A stretch of DNA of 64,000 nt from an uncultured Pseudomonadales bacterium (GTDB taxonomy: Bacteria; Patescibacteriota; Microgenomatia; UBA1400; PJMF01), in assembly GCA_964637295.1 (NCBI GenBank), contig CAZWWE010000001.1:188312-252311 (forward strand), in the 5' to 3' direction. The notes under the pieces were generated by a model. The model did not search any database, had not been told where the DNA came from, and saw nothing but the letters and a program-made list of their open reading frames with translations. A program made the translations under genes and the position numbers. How positions within the stretch are numbered: the stretch's first letter is position 1; each line of letters begins with the position of its first letter. This document shows, piece by piece, positions 40,646 through 49,639 of this stretch.

Positions 40646-41542
40646 ATGAGGGCTAACATCACCATTGCAATTGTAACAAAAAATAGAATTAAAGAGCTAG
40701 CAAGATGCTTAGATAGCCTTTTGATTCAAAGCCAAAAATCACAGAAAATTATCGTTATTGACAATGATCACGATCATACAGCTAAACAAGTGATTGTTAA
40801 AAATAAGTATCAACAGCTGCCAATTGTTTACTATACTGTTGATGGAAGCGTGCCAAAGTGTAGAAATTTTGCCATTGTAAAGTGTAAAAGTAAATATCTT
40901 GCTTTCACCGATGATGATTGCCTACTAGATCAAAATTGGATTAAAAATGGCATTAATAAAATTAGAAATGGTGACTATGATTTTGTAGTTGGGCAAACCA
41001 AGCTTTATAATCCAGAAAATCTTTTTGCTTTAGCTCAACATACTAGAGATGAATATTGGAAAAAGCAGAATTCTCCCATGTTTGATACAAAAAATGTAAT
41101 TTTAAATTTAGCAACGATTAAGAAACACCAATTGATGTTTGATGAAAAATGTCAAAAATCAGTATACGATAGCGCCGATTTCGACTTTGATTTTGTGGTA
41201 AAAAAATACAAACTCAAAGGTAGTTTTTGTAAAAAAATGATAGTTTACCATAAAGAAACAAAGCAATTTATAAGGTTCATTAGAAGAGCATACTATCGAG
41301 GCTACTTAGGCAAATATTTGGACAGAAAATGGCAACTTGAAGATCAATTAGTTGACTTGAGCACTAGGAACTTTATAATCTGGTTGCTCAAGTTGATTAA
41401 AAACTATTTTTATGATTATAAAAGATATGCTCAAAAAATGAGCCAAGCACCAGTGTGTAATAAAATTTTAGCAAATTTAATCATTAAAATATTTGAGTTC
41501 TGTTACGTCTCAGGTTATGTGGCAAATAAAAAAACTTTTTAA
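40646..41542 (+). CDS. GT2 glycosyltransferase
   Basis: ITIAIVTKNRIKEL, the FTDDDC (DxD) motif. Confidence 0.75.
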   Translation: MRANITIAIVTKNRIKELARCLDSLLIQSQKSQKIIVIDNDHDHTAKQVIVKNKYQQLPIVYYTVDGSVPKCRNFAIVKCKSKYLAFTDDDCLLDQNWIKNGINKIRNGDYDFVVGQTKLYNPENLFALAQHTRDEYWKKQNSPMFDTKNVILNLATIKKHQLMFDEKCQKSVYDSADFDFDFVVKKYKLKGSFCKKMIVYHKETKQFIRFIRRAYYRGYLGKYLDRKWQLEDQLVDLSTRNFIIWLLKLIKNYFYDYKRYAQKMSQAPVCNKILANLIIKIFEFCYVSGYVANKKTF

Positions 41543-43028
41543 ATCTCAGCAAATCGTTGATTCAGGAGCAATTTTAGCACTACTAGTTTTTTTGAGTCTG
41601 TCTTTATTAGTACAAAACGTAAAAATTTTTTATGTTTTAGCTTTTAGCTTTTTTGCTTTCTTAACCTTAACTTTTTCTTTTCCAAAAGCTTTCATCTATT
41701 CAACCATTCCTTTCAGCTTCGTAAGCTTAGCTCAAGTTCACCCAATTCTCGTTGTACCTACAAAAGCTATCGTCACAAACCAATATTGGGAAGGCAGACA
41801 TATTGTTTTTAGTTTTGCGCCATATTTTTTTATCTCTTTAATTGCACTGATATCAATAGCAAGTTGGAAAAAAAAGCTCAAAAGTAGAAATCAATTAACT
41901 AATATCGAAAAGCTTGTCATTATTTCCTTTGCTTGTGGTATTTTGTCTGGAATTTATGGCAGTTTAATAAGTACTCTGAGTGTTTTTAGTGTGTTTTCTC
42001 AGTTTTTAGGAGTTTTGTGGGCTTGGTATTTAAGCAAAAGTTTAAAAGTTGCCAACCAATTACAAAAACAAAGCATTTGGCTCACTTTATTTACAATTAT
42101 TGCCATCATCATTAGCTTTGAATCGCTAATTGTTTTTAAACAAACAATTTCTAAATCACCAGCTGGTTTGGCAATTGAGAAGACCGGTTTTGCTCCTGCG
42201 TTCGGAGCTGGAGCTGATGAAAACATCGGCGAATTTAGGCCATTTGGTTTACAGGCTCACCCAAATGGTTTGGCAAACAAACAGCTAATTCTTGGGTTTT
42301 CTGCTTGGTTGATTTTCTTGCAATTAAAATTTAAAAAATCGTCTAAAATTGCACAACACGCGCAAAACGCTTTGACCTTTATTTTAAGCTTAATGCTGAT
42401 TAACATCATTTTATCTCTGAGCCGCGCAGTTTACTTAGGATTATTTGTTGGCAGTTTGTTCATTTTTTTAAGACAGCGTAAAGAATCGTTTAGATTTATT
42501 CAGAAATTAAAAAAAACATTCAATCATTGGCCAACTAGATATAAATTTTTATTTCTATTATTTGCTTACATTTTAATCTTCAAGCTTGGAACAAGAATGA
42601 TCAATAGTATTTATTCTTTTTCTGAATTTGGCGGTGTTAACACTAGATTAGAACAATACAAAGAAGCAATAGAGGTATTCAAAAAAAGTCCAATTTTTGG
42701 CATCGGTGATGAAATGTTTATTCCTACTTCCTATCAATTATTTCCCAGTGGAGTGATGACTTATTTTCCAGAAAACGTTCACAATGGTTTTTTACTTTTT
42801 ACAATTGAACGAGGTCTGTTGGGTTTAATTGTTTATCTGATTTTTATAATTTTAACTGTTATCAAAATAAGTCAAAGTAAAATTAAGAAAATTAATAAAA
42901 GTATAGTATACTCAGGCTTGATTGCAATTTTTTCAGTAATGATCTTTCATCCAGAAAAAAATTTTTTTAATATTTTTCTGCTCTTAGCGCTAGTAATAAC
43001 CGACCTTAACTATGAAAAAAATCTATAA
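41493..43028 (+). CDS. Wzy_C-family O-antigen polymerase/ligase-like membrane protein
   Basis: 511 aa with about 11 TM helices. The motif HNGFLLFTIERGLLG is present. Confidence 0.6.
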   Translation: MSSVTSQVMWQIKKLFKSQQIVDSGAILALLVFLSLSLLVQNVKIFYVLAFSFFAFLTLTFSFPKAFIYSTIPFSFVSLAQVHPILVVPTKAIVTNQYWEGRHIVFSFAPYFFISLIALISIASWKKKLKSRNQLTNIEKLVIISFACGILSGIYGSLISTLSVFSVFSQFLGVLWAWYLSKSLKVANQLQKQSIWLTLFTIIAIIISFESLIVFKQTISKSPAGLAIEKTGFAPAFGAGADENIGEFRPFGLQAHPNGLANKQLILGFSAWLIFLQLKFKKSSKIAQHAQNALTFILSLMLINIILSLSRAVYLGLFVGSLFIFLRQRKESFRFIQKLKKTFNHWPTRYKFLFLLFAYILIFKLGTRMINSIYSFSEFGGVNTRLEQYKEAIEVFKKSPIFGIGDEMFIPTSYQLFPSGVMTYFPENVHNGFLLFTIERGLLGLIVYLIFIILTVIKISQSKIKKINKSIVYSGLIAIFSVMIFHPEKNFFNIFLLLALVITDLNYEKNL

Positions 43029-43857
43029 ATTTCAAACCATTGATATTTTAAGCTTGTTCGCGATTTTCTTTTTTACTGCCATTATTTACTTTTTCTTCAG
43101 CAGAAAAACAGAATATTTAAATATCACACTAAGACTTTTTAATCAAGATTCTCCAGAATATAGTCTTGACAGCAACCAGACCAAAGCTTGGTATGTTGAG
43201 CAAGTAAAAAAGGGCAAGGCTCAAAAAAACCTATTTGGCGAAACTCTAATAGAGATTGCGGATGTTTATAGTTACCCAAATGGTCATGTCTATAATGACG
43301 TCTATGTCACCCTCAAAATCAAAGCTGTCCAAAATAAAACAACTAAGCAGTATGTTTATGAAGGCAGTCCACTTTTAATTCATGATGTGAAATCTTTTAA
43401 AGTTCAAGATCTGCTAATTAATGGAGAAATTATTGATCTTAACAATCAACCAAGAGAAACTAAAAAATTCAAAGTTGTCTTTGAACTAAATGAAATGAGA
43501 ATAAATTATGATTTTGTTAATAATAGTCAAGCTATGGTGAAGGGTGTAAATAATTACATCGCTGATTTGATGAAGCAAGATCTGGCTATTAAGGATAGCA
43601 GCGGTAATGAATTGGTAAAGATAAACAAGGTCGAAAAAAAACCAGGTCTTAGACTCTTAGCAACGGAAAAGGGTCTAATCAAACTAACAGATCCAGATAG
43701 AACTCAAGTCATTTTATACACTGATTTAATTGCTGAAAAAATTAATAATCACTACTATTATCGCAAAGAAGAACCTTTAATGGTAGATGAAGTTATTTAT
43801 TTAACTTTTGAACAGATCACTGTCTCTGGAACAATCATTTCTATAGAATCATATTAA
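43012..43857 (+). CDS. Hypothetical membrane-anchored protein
   Basis: 281 aa with one N-terminal TM. Confidence 0.4.
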   Translation: MKKIYKFQTIDILSLFAIFFFTAIIYFFFSRKTEYLNITLRLFNQDSPEYSLDSNQTKAWYVEQVKKGKAQKNLFGETLIEIADVYSYPNGHVYNDVYVTLKIKAVQNKTTKQYVYEGSPLLIHDVKSFKVQDLLINGEIIDLNNQPRETKKFKVVFELNEMRINYDFVNNSQAMVKGVNNYIADLMKQDLAIKDSSGNELVKINKVEKKPGLRLLATEKGLIKLTDPDRTQVILYTDLIAEKINNHYYYRKEEPLMVDEVIYLTFEQITVSGTIISIESY

Positions 43858-43870
43858 TTTTGATTAATTT

Positions 43871-44752
43871 ATGAATAAGCTGCCGAAGATTTCCATCGTC
43901 ACTCCATCCTACAATCAGGGCAAATTCCTCAAACAAACCATTGACTCCATTCTTTCACAAGATTATGCCAATTTTGAATACGTGGTCATCGATGGCGGTT
44001 CAAGCGATAACAGTCTAGAGATCATTAAGAAATATCAAAAAAAACTCAAGTATTTTGAGAGCAAAAAAGATCGCGGTCAGTCTCATGCTATTAACAAAGG
44101 TTTCGCCAAAACAGATGGCGAAATCATGGCCTGGCTCAACAGCGATGACATCTATCGTCCAGGAACTTTGAAATTGGTAGCAAGCATTTTTGCACAATTT
44201 CCTGAAATAAATTGGTTGACTTGTCTGCCTTCCACCATCAATGAAGATGGCTACCAAATTTATTTAGCCAAACCCCCACTTTACCTTAGATATTTTTTGC
44301 AAAAAGGCTGGTATGTGAGAAAACTATTTGGTTTTGTAATGCAGGAAGGCACTTTTTGGCGACGCTCTTTATGGGAAAAGACTGGTGGAAAAGTCGATGA
44401 ACAATCACACTTCGCCATGGACGTAAAACTTTGGCAAAGCTTTGCTAAATTTTCTCCTTTGCATTACGTAGAGGCTTCACTAGCTTCCTACCGATTAAAT
44501 CCAAACAGAAAAAGCAATGACGACCATAAAAAATGCTATCAAGAGATGAGCTTACGAATGCCTAGCTTATTAAGTGTTTTGATTAAAGTAATTTGGCGAC
44601 AAATAGAAAAAATTGCCCACGCAAGTAAATTATTTCCAAGTATTTATTTTGATCAAAAAAGCCTAGTTTGGAAATTTCACAAAAATCTATTTGAGGTAAA
44701 AACCTTCCAATTGCTTAGCGATACTAAGCCAAGAAAGACGCTTGGCAAGTAA
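43871..44752 (+). CDS. GT2 glycosyltransferase
   Basis: ISIVTPSYNQGKFL, the VVIDGGSSD motif. Confidence 0.8.
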   Translation: MNKLPKISIVTPSYNQGKFLKQTIDSILSQDYANFEYVVIDGGSSDNSLEIIKKYQKKLKYFESKKDRGQSHAINKGFAKTDGEIMAWLNSDDIYRPGTLKLVASIFAQFPEINWLTCLPSTINEDGYQIYLAKPPLYLRYFLQKGWYVRKLFGFVMQEGTFWRRSLWEKTGGKVDEQSHFAMDVKLWQSFAKFSPLHYVEASLASYRLNPNRKSNDDHKKCYQEMSLRMPSLLSVLIKVIWRQIEKIAHASKLFPSIYFDQKSLVWKFHKNLFEVKTFQLLSDTKPRKTLGK

Positions 44753-45856
44753 TCTGGCATTTCGACTAAGTTGCTTTATTTTTTGTGGCTGATCAAGCAG
44801 CTCGGCAATGGCTTTAGCAAAAAGTTTTGGATTTTCTGAGGCCAAAATGCCAACTTTTTCTCTCTCAAGAATTTTTTTGACTTCCCCGGTTGGATTAGCG
44901 ATCACTGGACGTCCAGCCGCCAAATAATCACCTAGTTTATTGGGGAATTTACCCAAATTAATTTCTTTATTAGCAAAAGGCAACAACATCAGATCTCCTG
45001 CAGCTAAGTAATAACCCAACAAATCTCTAGACACAACTCCAGGACGCAATACTTTTTTCTGCAAAGCTTGATTTCTAAAAGTCAATTCTTCTTCAAAAAT
45101 TTTGATAGCTGGCCCAAGCAACATTAGCTTGATGTCTTTGCGAAGTTTATTAAGTTCAACAAAAGTCTGTGCCAAAAGTTTTTCGTCATAAGTGCCCACG
45201 TATAAATAAACTAGAATTTTATCTGCAAGAGATAAATTGATTTTCCTGCGAGCAATCTCCTGAGAAATTGGCTCGATTTGACTGACATCCGCTCCGACTC
45301 CTAGAAAAAAAATGTTTTGTTTTTTTCCTCTAATTAGCCGTGCTTTCCTTACTAAATCATCGCTGATGGGCGTAACAGCAAAAGGCAATTTGATCATTAG
45401 CTTTTCCATGTAATGATCAACGTTTGTGGTGATGAATCTCATCGGCCCGTACCTGAGGTCTGCAATGCCTCCTTTGCCCCATAAATCAGCCCAATCTAAA
45501 AACCATTTAGTTTTTCTGCAAAAAAAAGTTTTAATTAAAGCTGGTAAAGTGGCGGCTGGACGATGGTTAAAACTGTGAATCACATCACACTTTGAAAACA
45601 AAACCACCAAACTACGGAATAACAAATCAAAAGGATCATAACCACCCTTACGAATGCGTTTTGGCAAAAAACCAATCGACTCAATTACTAAAACCCCATT
45701 CTCGATAGATTTTTTTGGTAAAAGTGCAAAGTTTTTAGCACTGGTCCACAAAGTTACTTGGTGCCCCAATTTTACCAAGCCTCCAGCCAAGGATAAGGCT
45801 CTTAGATAGCTGCCACCAATTTCTTTGGCTTCGTAGGTGGAAAAAATAATTTTCAT
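44687..45856 (-). CDS. GT4 (GT-B) glycosyltransferase
   Basis: 389 aa with a Glycos_transf_1-like C-terminal half. Its 3' end overlaps the convergent GT2 gene by 66 bp. Confidence 0.65.
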   Translation of the reverse strand: MKIIFSTYEAKEIGGSYLRALSLAGGLVKLGHQVTLWTSAKNFALLPKKSIENGVLVIESIGFLPKRIRKGGYDPFDLLFRSLVVLFSKCDVIHSFNHRPAATLPALIKTFFCRKTKWFLDWADLWGKGGIADLRYGPMRFITTNVDHYMEKLMIKLPFAVTPISDDLVRKARLIRGKKQNIFFLGVGADVSQIEPISQEIARRKINLSLADKILVYLYVGTYDEKLLAQTFVELNKLRKDIKLMLLGPAIKIFEEELTFRNQALQKKVLRPGVVSRDLLGYYLAAGDLMLLPFANKEINLGKFPNKLGDYLAAGRPVIANPTGEVKKILEREKVGILASENPKLFAKAIAELLDQPQKIKQLSRNARLLAKRLSWLSIAKQLEGFYLK

Positions 45857-46602
45857 GAGTTCTTTTTTTTAATTCTTTCAAGCAAAAGTGAAAATAAATA
45901 TTTTGGAATTGTGATCAAATACCTACGCCACAGTCTTTTTGGCTCAGTGACTAAACGAAAAAACCACTCCAAACCATTTTTTTGCATCCATTTGGGAGCT
46001 TGTTTTTGTTGTTTAGTTAAAAAGTCAAAGGCTGCCCCCACACAATAGACATCAACTTTTTTATAATTAGCCTTAAACCAATTGGCAAGTTTGATCTGCT
46101 TAGGGGAACCTATGCCAATCCAGACTATGCCTGGTCCAGAAAACTCAATTTTTTCTAAATAATTAAATTCTTGCTTCTGATTTAAACCTTTCGGTAAAAA
46201 AGCAAACTTAGCTGGCAGCGTTGGATATTGATTGGCAATAAAAGTGGACATTTTCAGCATCGTAACTTTGTCTGGAGCTAAAAATAAATTCTTTTGAGAA
46301 AATTTGCTTTTAGCATTTTTGTCTAAAATTGCCAAAATTAACTCTGGACCATAAACGCGATCGATTGTTCTGTGAGTTTTAGAACGCAAAAAATAAGTCA
46401 AAAACATGCTGTCACAAGTACACAAATCGACTTTATGATAGTACAACCACGATTGTTTTTCTTTGCTTAAGGCCAACTCATGCAAAGTCGTGGGAAAAAT
46501 AATGCGAGAAGAACTTTTCTTCATCGAATAAGCAAAAATCTGCTCAACAACTTTTTCAAATTTGCCAATTAAAAATGGCATTCTGTCTAAATAAATTAAC
46601 AT
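45853..46602 (-). CDS. WecG/TagA/CpsF-family glycosyltransferase (GT26)
   Basis: IVWIGIGSPKQIKLANWF is present, which is the GSPKQE-type motif. Confidence 0.7.
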   Translation of the reverse strand: MLIYLDRMPFLIGKFEKVVEQIFAYSMKKSSSRIIFPTTLHELALSKEKQSWLYYHKVDLCTCDSMFLTYFLRSKTHRTIDRVYGPELILAILDKNAKSKFSQKNLFLAPDKVTMLKMSTFIANQYPTLPAKFAFLPKGLNQKQEFNYLEKIEFSGPGIVWIGIGSPKQIKLANWFKANYKKVDVYCVGAAFDFLTKQQKQAPKWMQKNGLEWFFRLVTEPKRLWRRYLITIPKYLFSLLLERIKKKNS

Positions 46603-46729
46603 AATCTAAAACATCTGGTATTATGTCACCACTGAGCAAATAGAGAAATAATAAAAAGTGAAAGCAAGACTTTCAAAAAAATTTTGATGCAGTGCATAAA
46701 ATCTTTAATGAACATAAATTTTTTACTAA

Positions 46730-47737
46730 ATGAAAAAAATAATTATATTACCAACTGCTTGGCAAGAACAAACCACCGATTTTCAAAAGCAAACTAAAAA
46801 ATATTTGTCTGATAAAAATATTGTTTTTGGAATTAATTTAAACAATAAACACGCAAATATAAAAATATTTTTTTTATTTTTAATCTTAAAAACAATCAAA
46901 ATTATTAATAAAAAAGAAATAATATTGTGGATAAATCAATTTCAAACATATGCGTTTTTTTATAGAAAAAAACACATTTTTAACAAAATTATTTATGATT
47001 GTGTTGATTATCCAAAAAACGAATTAGCAGGCAAAAATCTTACAGAAAAAATGTTAATAAAAAATTGTCACTACATGTTTGTTAATTCAAAAACATTAAA
47101 AAATGAATATTTGAAACTTAGAAAGAAAATAATTATAGTTCCGCAAGGTTTTAGAGATGATGTATTTAAATCATCAATAACAAAAAAAGAAAAACAAGAA
47201 AGAAAGAAAATAGGTTATATCGGGGGAATAAATTTCAGATTAAACTATGACTTGTTAGACAAAATAATTAAAAAAAAACAAGAGTACGATTTTGTATTTT
47301 GGGGGCCAATTACTGACTATGAACCGAACCAACTAAATAAAATAGAAAAATTATTAAAAAATAAAAATGTTATTTATGGATATTCTGAAGACAAGAATGA
47401 AATTCCAAACATAATTAATAGCTTTGATTTATGTATCATACCTTATGACGTTTCTAAGAAATTTAATCAATTCTGTTATCCAATGAAGGTGATGGAATAC
47501 TTTTATATGCAAAAAAAAATAGTTTCTGCTCCAATAGAAGAATTAAAAAAATACAAAAAATATATTACCATAGCAAACAATTATGAAGAATGGATTTCTA
47601 GTATAGACAAATCACTTATAGATACAATTGACAAAAAAGAAAAAATAGAGATGAGAAAAATAGCTATAAATAATTCTTGGGAGAAAAAAATAAAGAAAAT
47701 GGAAAAATTGATTGATAATGAGTTAAATTTTAAATAA
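46730..47737 (+). CDS. GT4-like glycosyltransferase, markedly more AT-rich than its neighbours
   Basis: The C-terminal motif FDLCIIPYDVSKKFNQFCYPMKVMEYFYMQKKIVSAPIEEL is a paralogue of the one in the 39534 gene. The coding sequence is dominated by A/T runs. Confidence 0.55.
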   Translation: MKKIIILPTAWQEQTTDFQKQTKKYLSDKNIVFGINLNNKHANIKIFFLFLILKTIKIINKKEIILWINQFQTYAFFYRKKHIFNKIIYDCVDYPKNELAGKNLTEKMLIKNCHYMFVNSKTLKNEYLKLRKKIIIVPQGFRDDVFKSSITKKEKQERKKIGYIGGINFRLNYDLLDKIIKKKQEYDFVFWGPITDYEPNQLNKIEKLLKNKNVIYGYSEDKNEIPNIINSFDLCIIPYDVSKKFNQFCYPMKVMEYFYMQKKIVSAPIEELKKYKKYITIANNYEEWISSIDKSLIDTIDKKEKIEMRKIAINNSWEKKIKKMEKLIDNELNFK

Positions 47738-47859
47738 AAATATATTATTAATTGCAGATTGTCTTGAAAGAGAGGCGCCTAGCTAGAATAAACAATTTTT
47801 TTATTGAACAAATGGATTACAAGTCTAAAATAATAATAAAAAAATAAAATCTAAAATAA

Positions 47860-48573
47860 TTAAATGCATAAAAAAAGAAAATTTTTTTGACAATTTTTAA
47901 TTAAGTAATCTTTCCATTGACTAACCACTATGACAGTGGTTTCGTTCTTTAGCGTTTTCTGAATGATTTTTTCTGACTTTTTCCTAAACTCTTCATCCCC
48001 CATATTCATCACCTCATCCAACAATAAAATGTCTGGTTCTGCATGTATCGCCACACTGAATCCCAACCTCAGTTTCATACCACTTGAATAAGTATAAAGT
48101 GGCGCAGTGATAAAATCACCAATACCAGCAAAGTCTACAATTTGGGCGAATTTAGCCTCAATTTCTTCTTTAGACATACCAATTACCAAGCCATTAAGAA
48201 AAATATTTTCCTGACCAGTTAAATCTGGATGAAAACCAGCTTCCAAGTCAATTAATGAAATAATTCTTCCTTTGGTCTTCACTTTTCCTTCAGTTGGAGC
48301 AGAGATACCGGCAATAATTTTTAACAAAGTGGTCTTACCTGCACCATTAGGCCCGTAAAATCCCACTTTTTCACCCCTTCGAATTTGTAAGTTTACATTT
48401 TTTAACGCCCAATATTCTTCTCTCGGTTGGAAACGTAATTTTCTACCAACATCCTCAGCGAAAGTTGGCTTTTCGTGATGAACGATGTATTTTTTACCCA
48501 CTCCTTGCAAATCAATCACCACCTCACCAGGATTTTTGCTTTTGTGTAGAATTTCTTCTTTTAAAATTGTCAT
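47860..48573 (-). CDS. wzt: ABC transporter ATP-binding protein (Wzt/TagH-type polysaccharide exporter)
   Basis: Walker A is GFYGPNGAGKTTLLK. The signature SSGMKLRLGF and the Walker B motif LLLDEV are present. Confidence 0.85.
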   Translation of the reverse strand: MTILKEEILHKSKNPGEVVIDLQGVGKKYIVHHEKPTFAEDVGRKLRFQPREEYWALKNVNLQIRRGEKVGFYGPNGAGKTTLLKIIAGISAPTEGKVKTKGRIISLIDLEAGFHPDLTGQENIFLNGLVIGMSKEEIEAKFAQIVDFAGIGDFITAPLYTYSSGMKLRLGFSVAIHAEPDILLLDEVMNMGDEEFRKKSEKIIQKTLKNETTVIVVSQWKDYLIKNCQKNFLFLCI

Positions 48574-48598
48574 ATTTTCATTTAATTAACTCATCTAA

Positions 48599-48759
48599 AC
48601 CTCGTACTCAAATATGAAATCATTGAAGTCGCTGACTGAGCAATAAAGAATCTTACTTTGTTTTTTAACAGCGACTTCACTGAGCGAGACAAAGGCTGGT
48701 TTGTCATTAAGCAAAAATTTTAGTCGAGCGTGTTTCATATTTGAGTACGAGGTTTATAA
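48599..48759. repeat. Intergenic palindromic element between wzm and wzt: a perfect 24-bp terminal inverted repeat flanking 113 bp
   Basis: TAAACCTCGTACTCAAATATGAAA (48599-48622) pairs perfectly with TTTCATATTTGAGTACGAGGTTTA (48736-48759). A nested 11-bp inverted repeat is TGAAGTCGCTG / CAGCGACTTCA. The interior motifs GCTGACTG, AGCAATAA and ACAGCGACT are shared with the element at 57277. Confidence 0.7.
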
Positions 48760-49560
48760 CCAATCATCAAAATTTTTATTTTCCTTACTAAAAACTCTCC
48801 ACCCCAAATAAAACACAAGCGCCACAATCACCAAGCTCACCGGAGCAAGTTCAAGCAAACTAATCGGCAATCCCATCAAAGCATAATGAAACAGCTCAAC
48901 AATAAAAGTCATCGGGTTTAAATAAAACAAAGGTCGCAACATTTCTGGCAAAAGATTCAAAGCATAAATCACCGGCGTGGCATAAAACCACAACATCACC
49001 GCCAATTGCACCATGAAATTCACATCGCGAAAACGCACGTTGAGCGAAGCGGTTAATAAAGACAAACCAACCGTAAAAACCAGCAATAACAACAAAGCTG
49101 GTAATAGCCATAACATGCGTCCCAAATAGGCCGCCAGCGCCAAAACACCATAGCCTTCCAAAAACAACTTATCTGCCACTAAGGCCGCCACCAACAATAA
49201 TAAAGCCACCAAAAAATGAAACAGGTTGGACAAAATGATTGATAAAATGATCGCCTCGCGAGGAAACTTAGCTTTTTTAATCAAATTGCGTTCGTAAAAA
49301 AAAGCAGGCGTGGTTTTGGTCAAACTTTGCGCAAAAAAATTCCAAGGCAAAAGACCAGCAAACAAAAACAAAAAATAATTATCAACGTGCACCGGCACAA
49401 AAAACTGAAAAACAAAGCCCATCACTAACATTTGTGATAAGGGGTTGATCACGATCCACAGAAAACCCAACACGGCATGTTTATAACGCGCCTTAATTTC
49501 CTTTTGGGTCATCACCCACAAAAAATCGAGCCAATAACGAGCCTGATGAGATACAACCAT
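48754..49560 (-). CDS. wzm: ABC-2 type transporter permease (Wzm/TagG-type)
   Basis: The ORF runs to 49671. The likely start is an internal Met near 49560 (MVVSHQARYW...KEIKARYK). It has six TM helices. Confidence 0.75.
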   Translation of the reverse strand: MVVSHQARYWLDFLWVMTQKEIKARYKHAVLGFLWIVINPLSQMLVMGFVFQFFVPVHVDNYFLFLFAGLLPWNFFAQSLTKTTPAFFYERNLIKKAKFPREAIILSIILSNLFHFLVALLLLVAALVADKLFLEGYGVLALAAYLGRMLWLLPALLLLLVFTVGLSLLTASLNVRFRDVNFMVQLAVMLWFYATPVIYALNLLPEMLRPLFYLNPMTFIVELFHYALMGLPISLLELAPVSLVIVALVFYLGWRVFSKENKNFDDWL

Positions 49561-49639
49561 ATCAGTCTCATACAATAGCACAAGAAGATCCTCTTGCAAA
49601 GCGAAATAAAAATGAGTTATTCTTAATTGACGTCTATAC

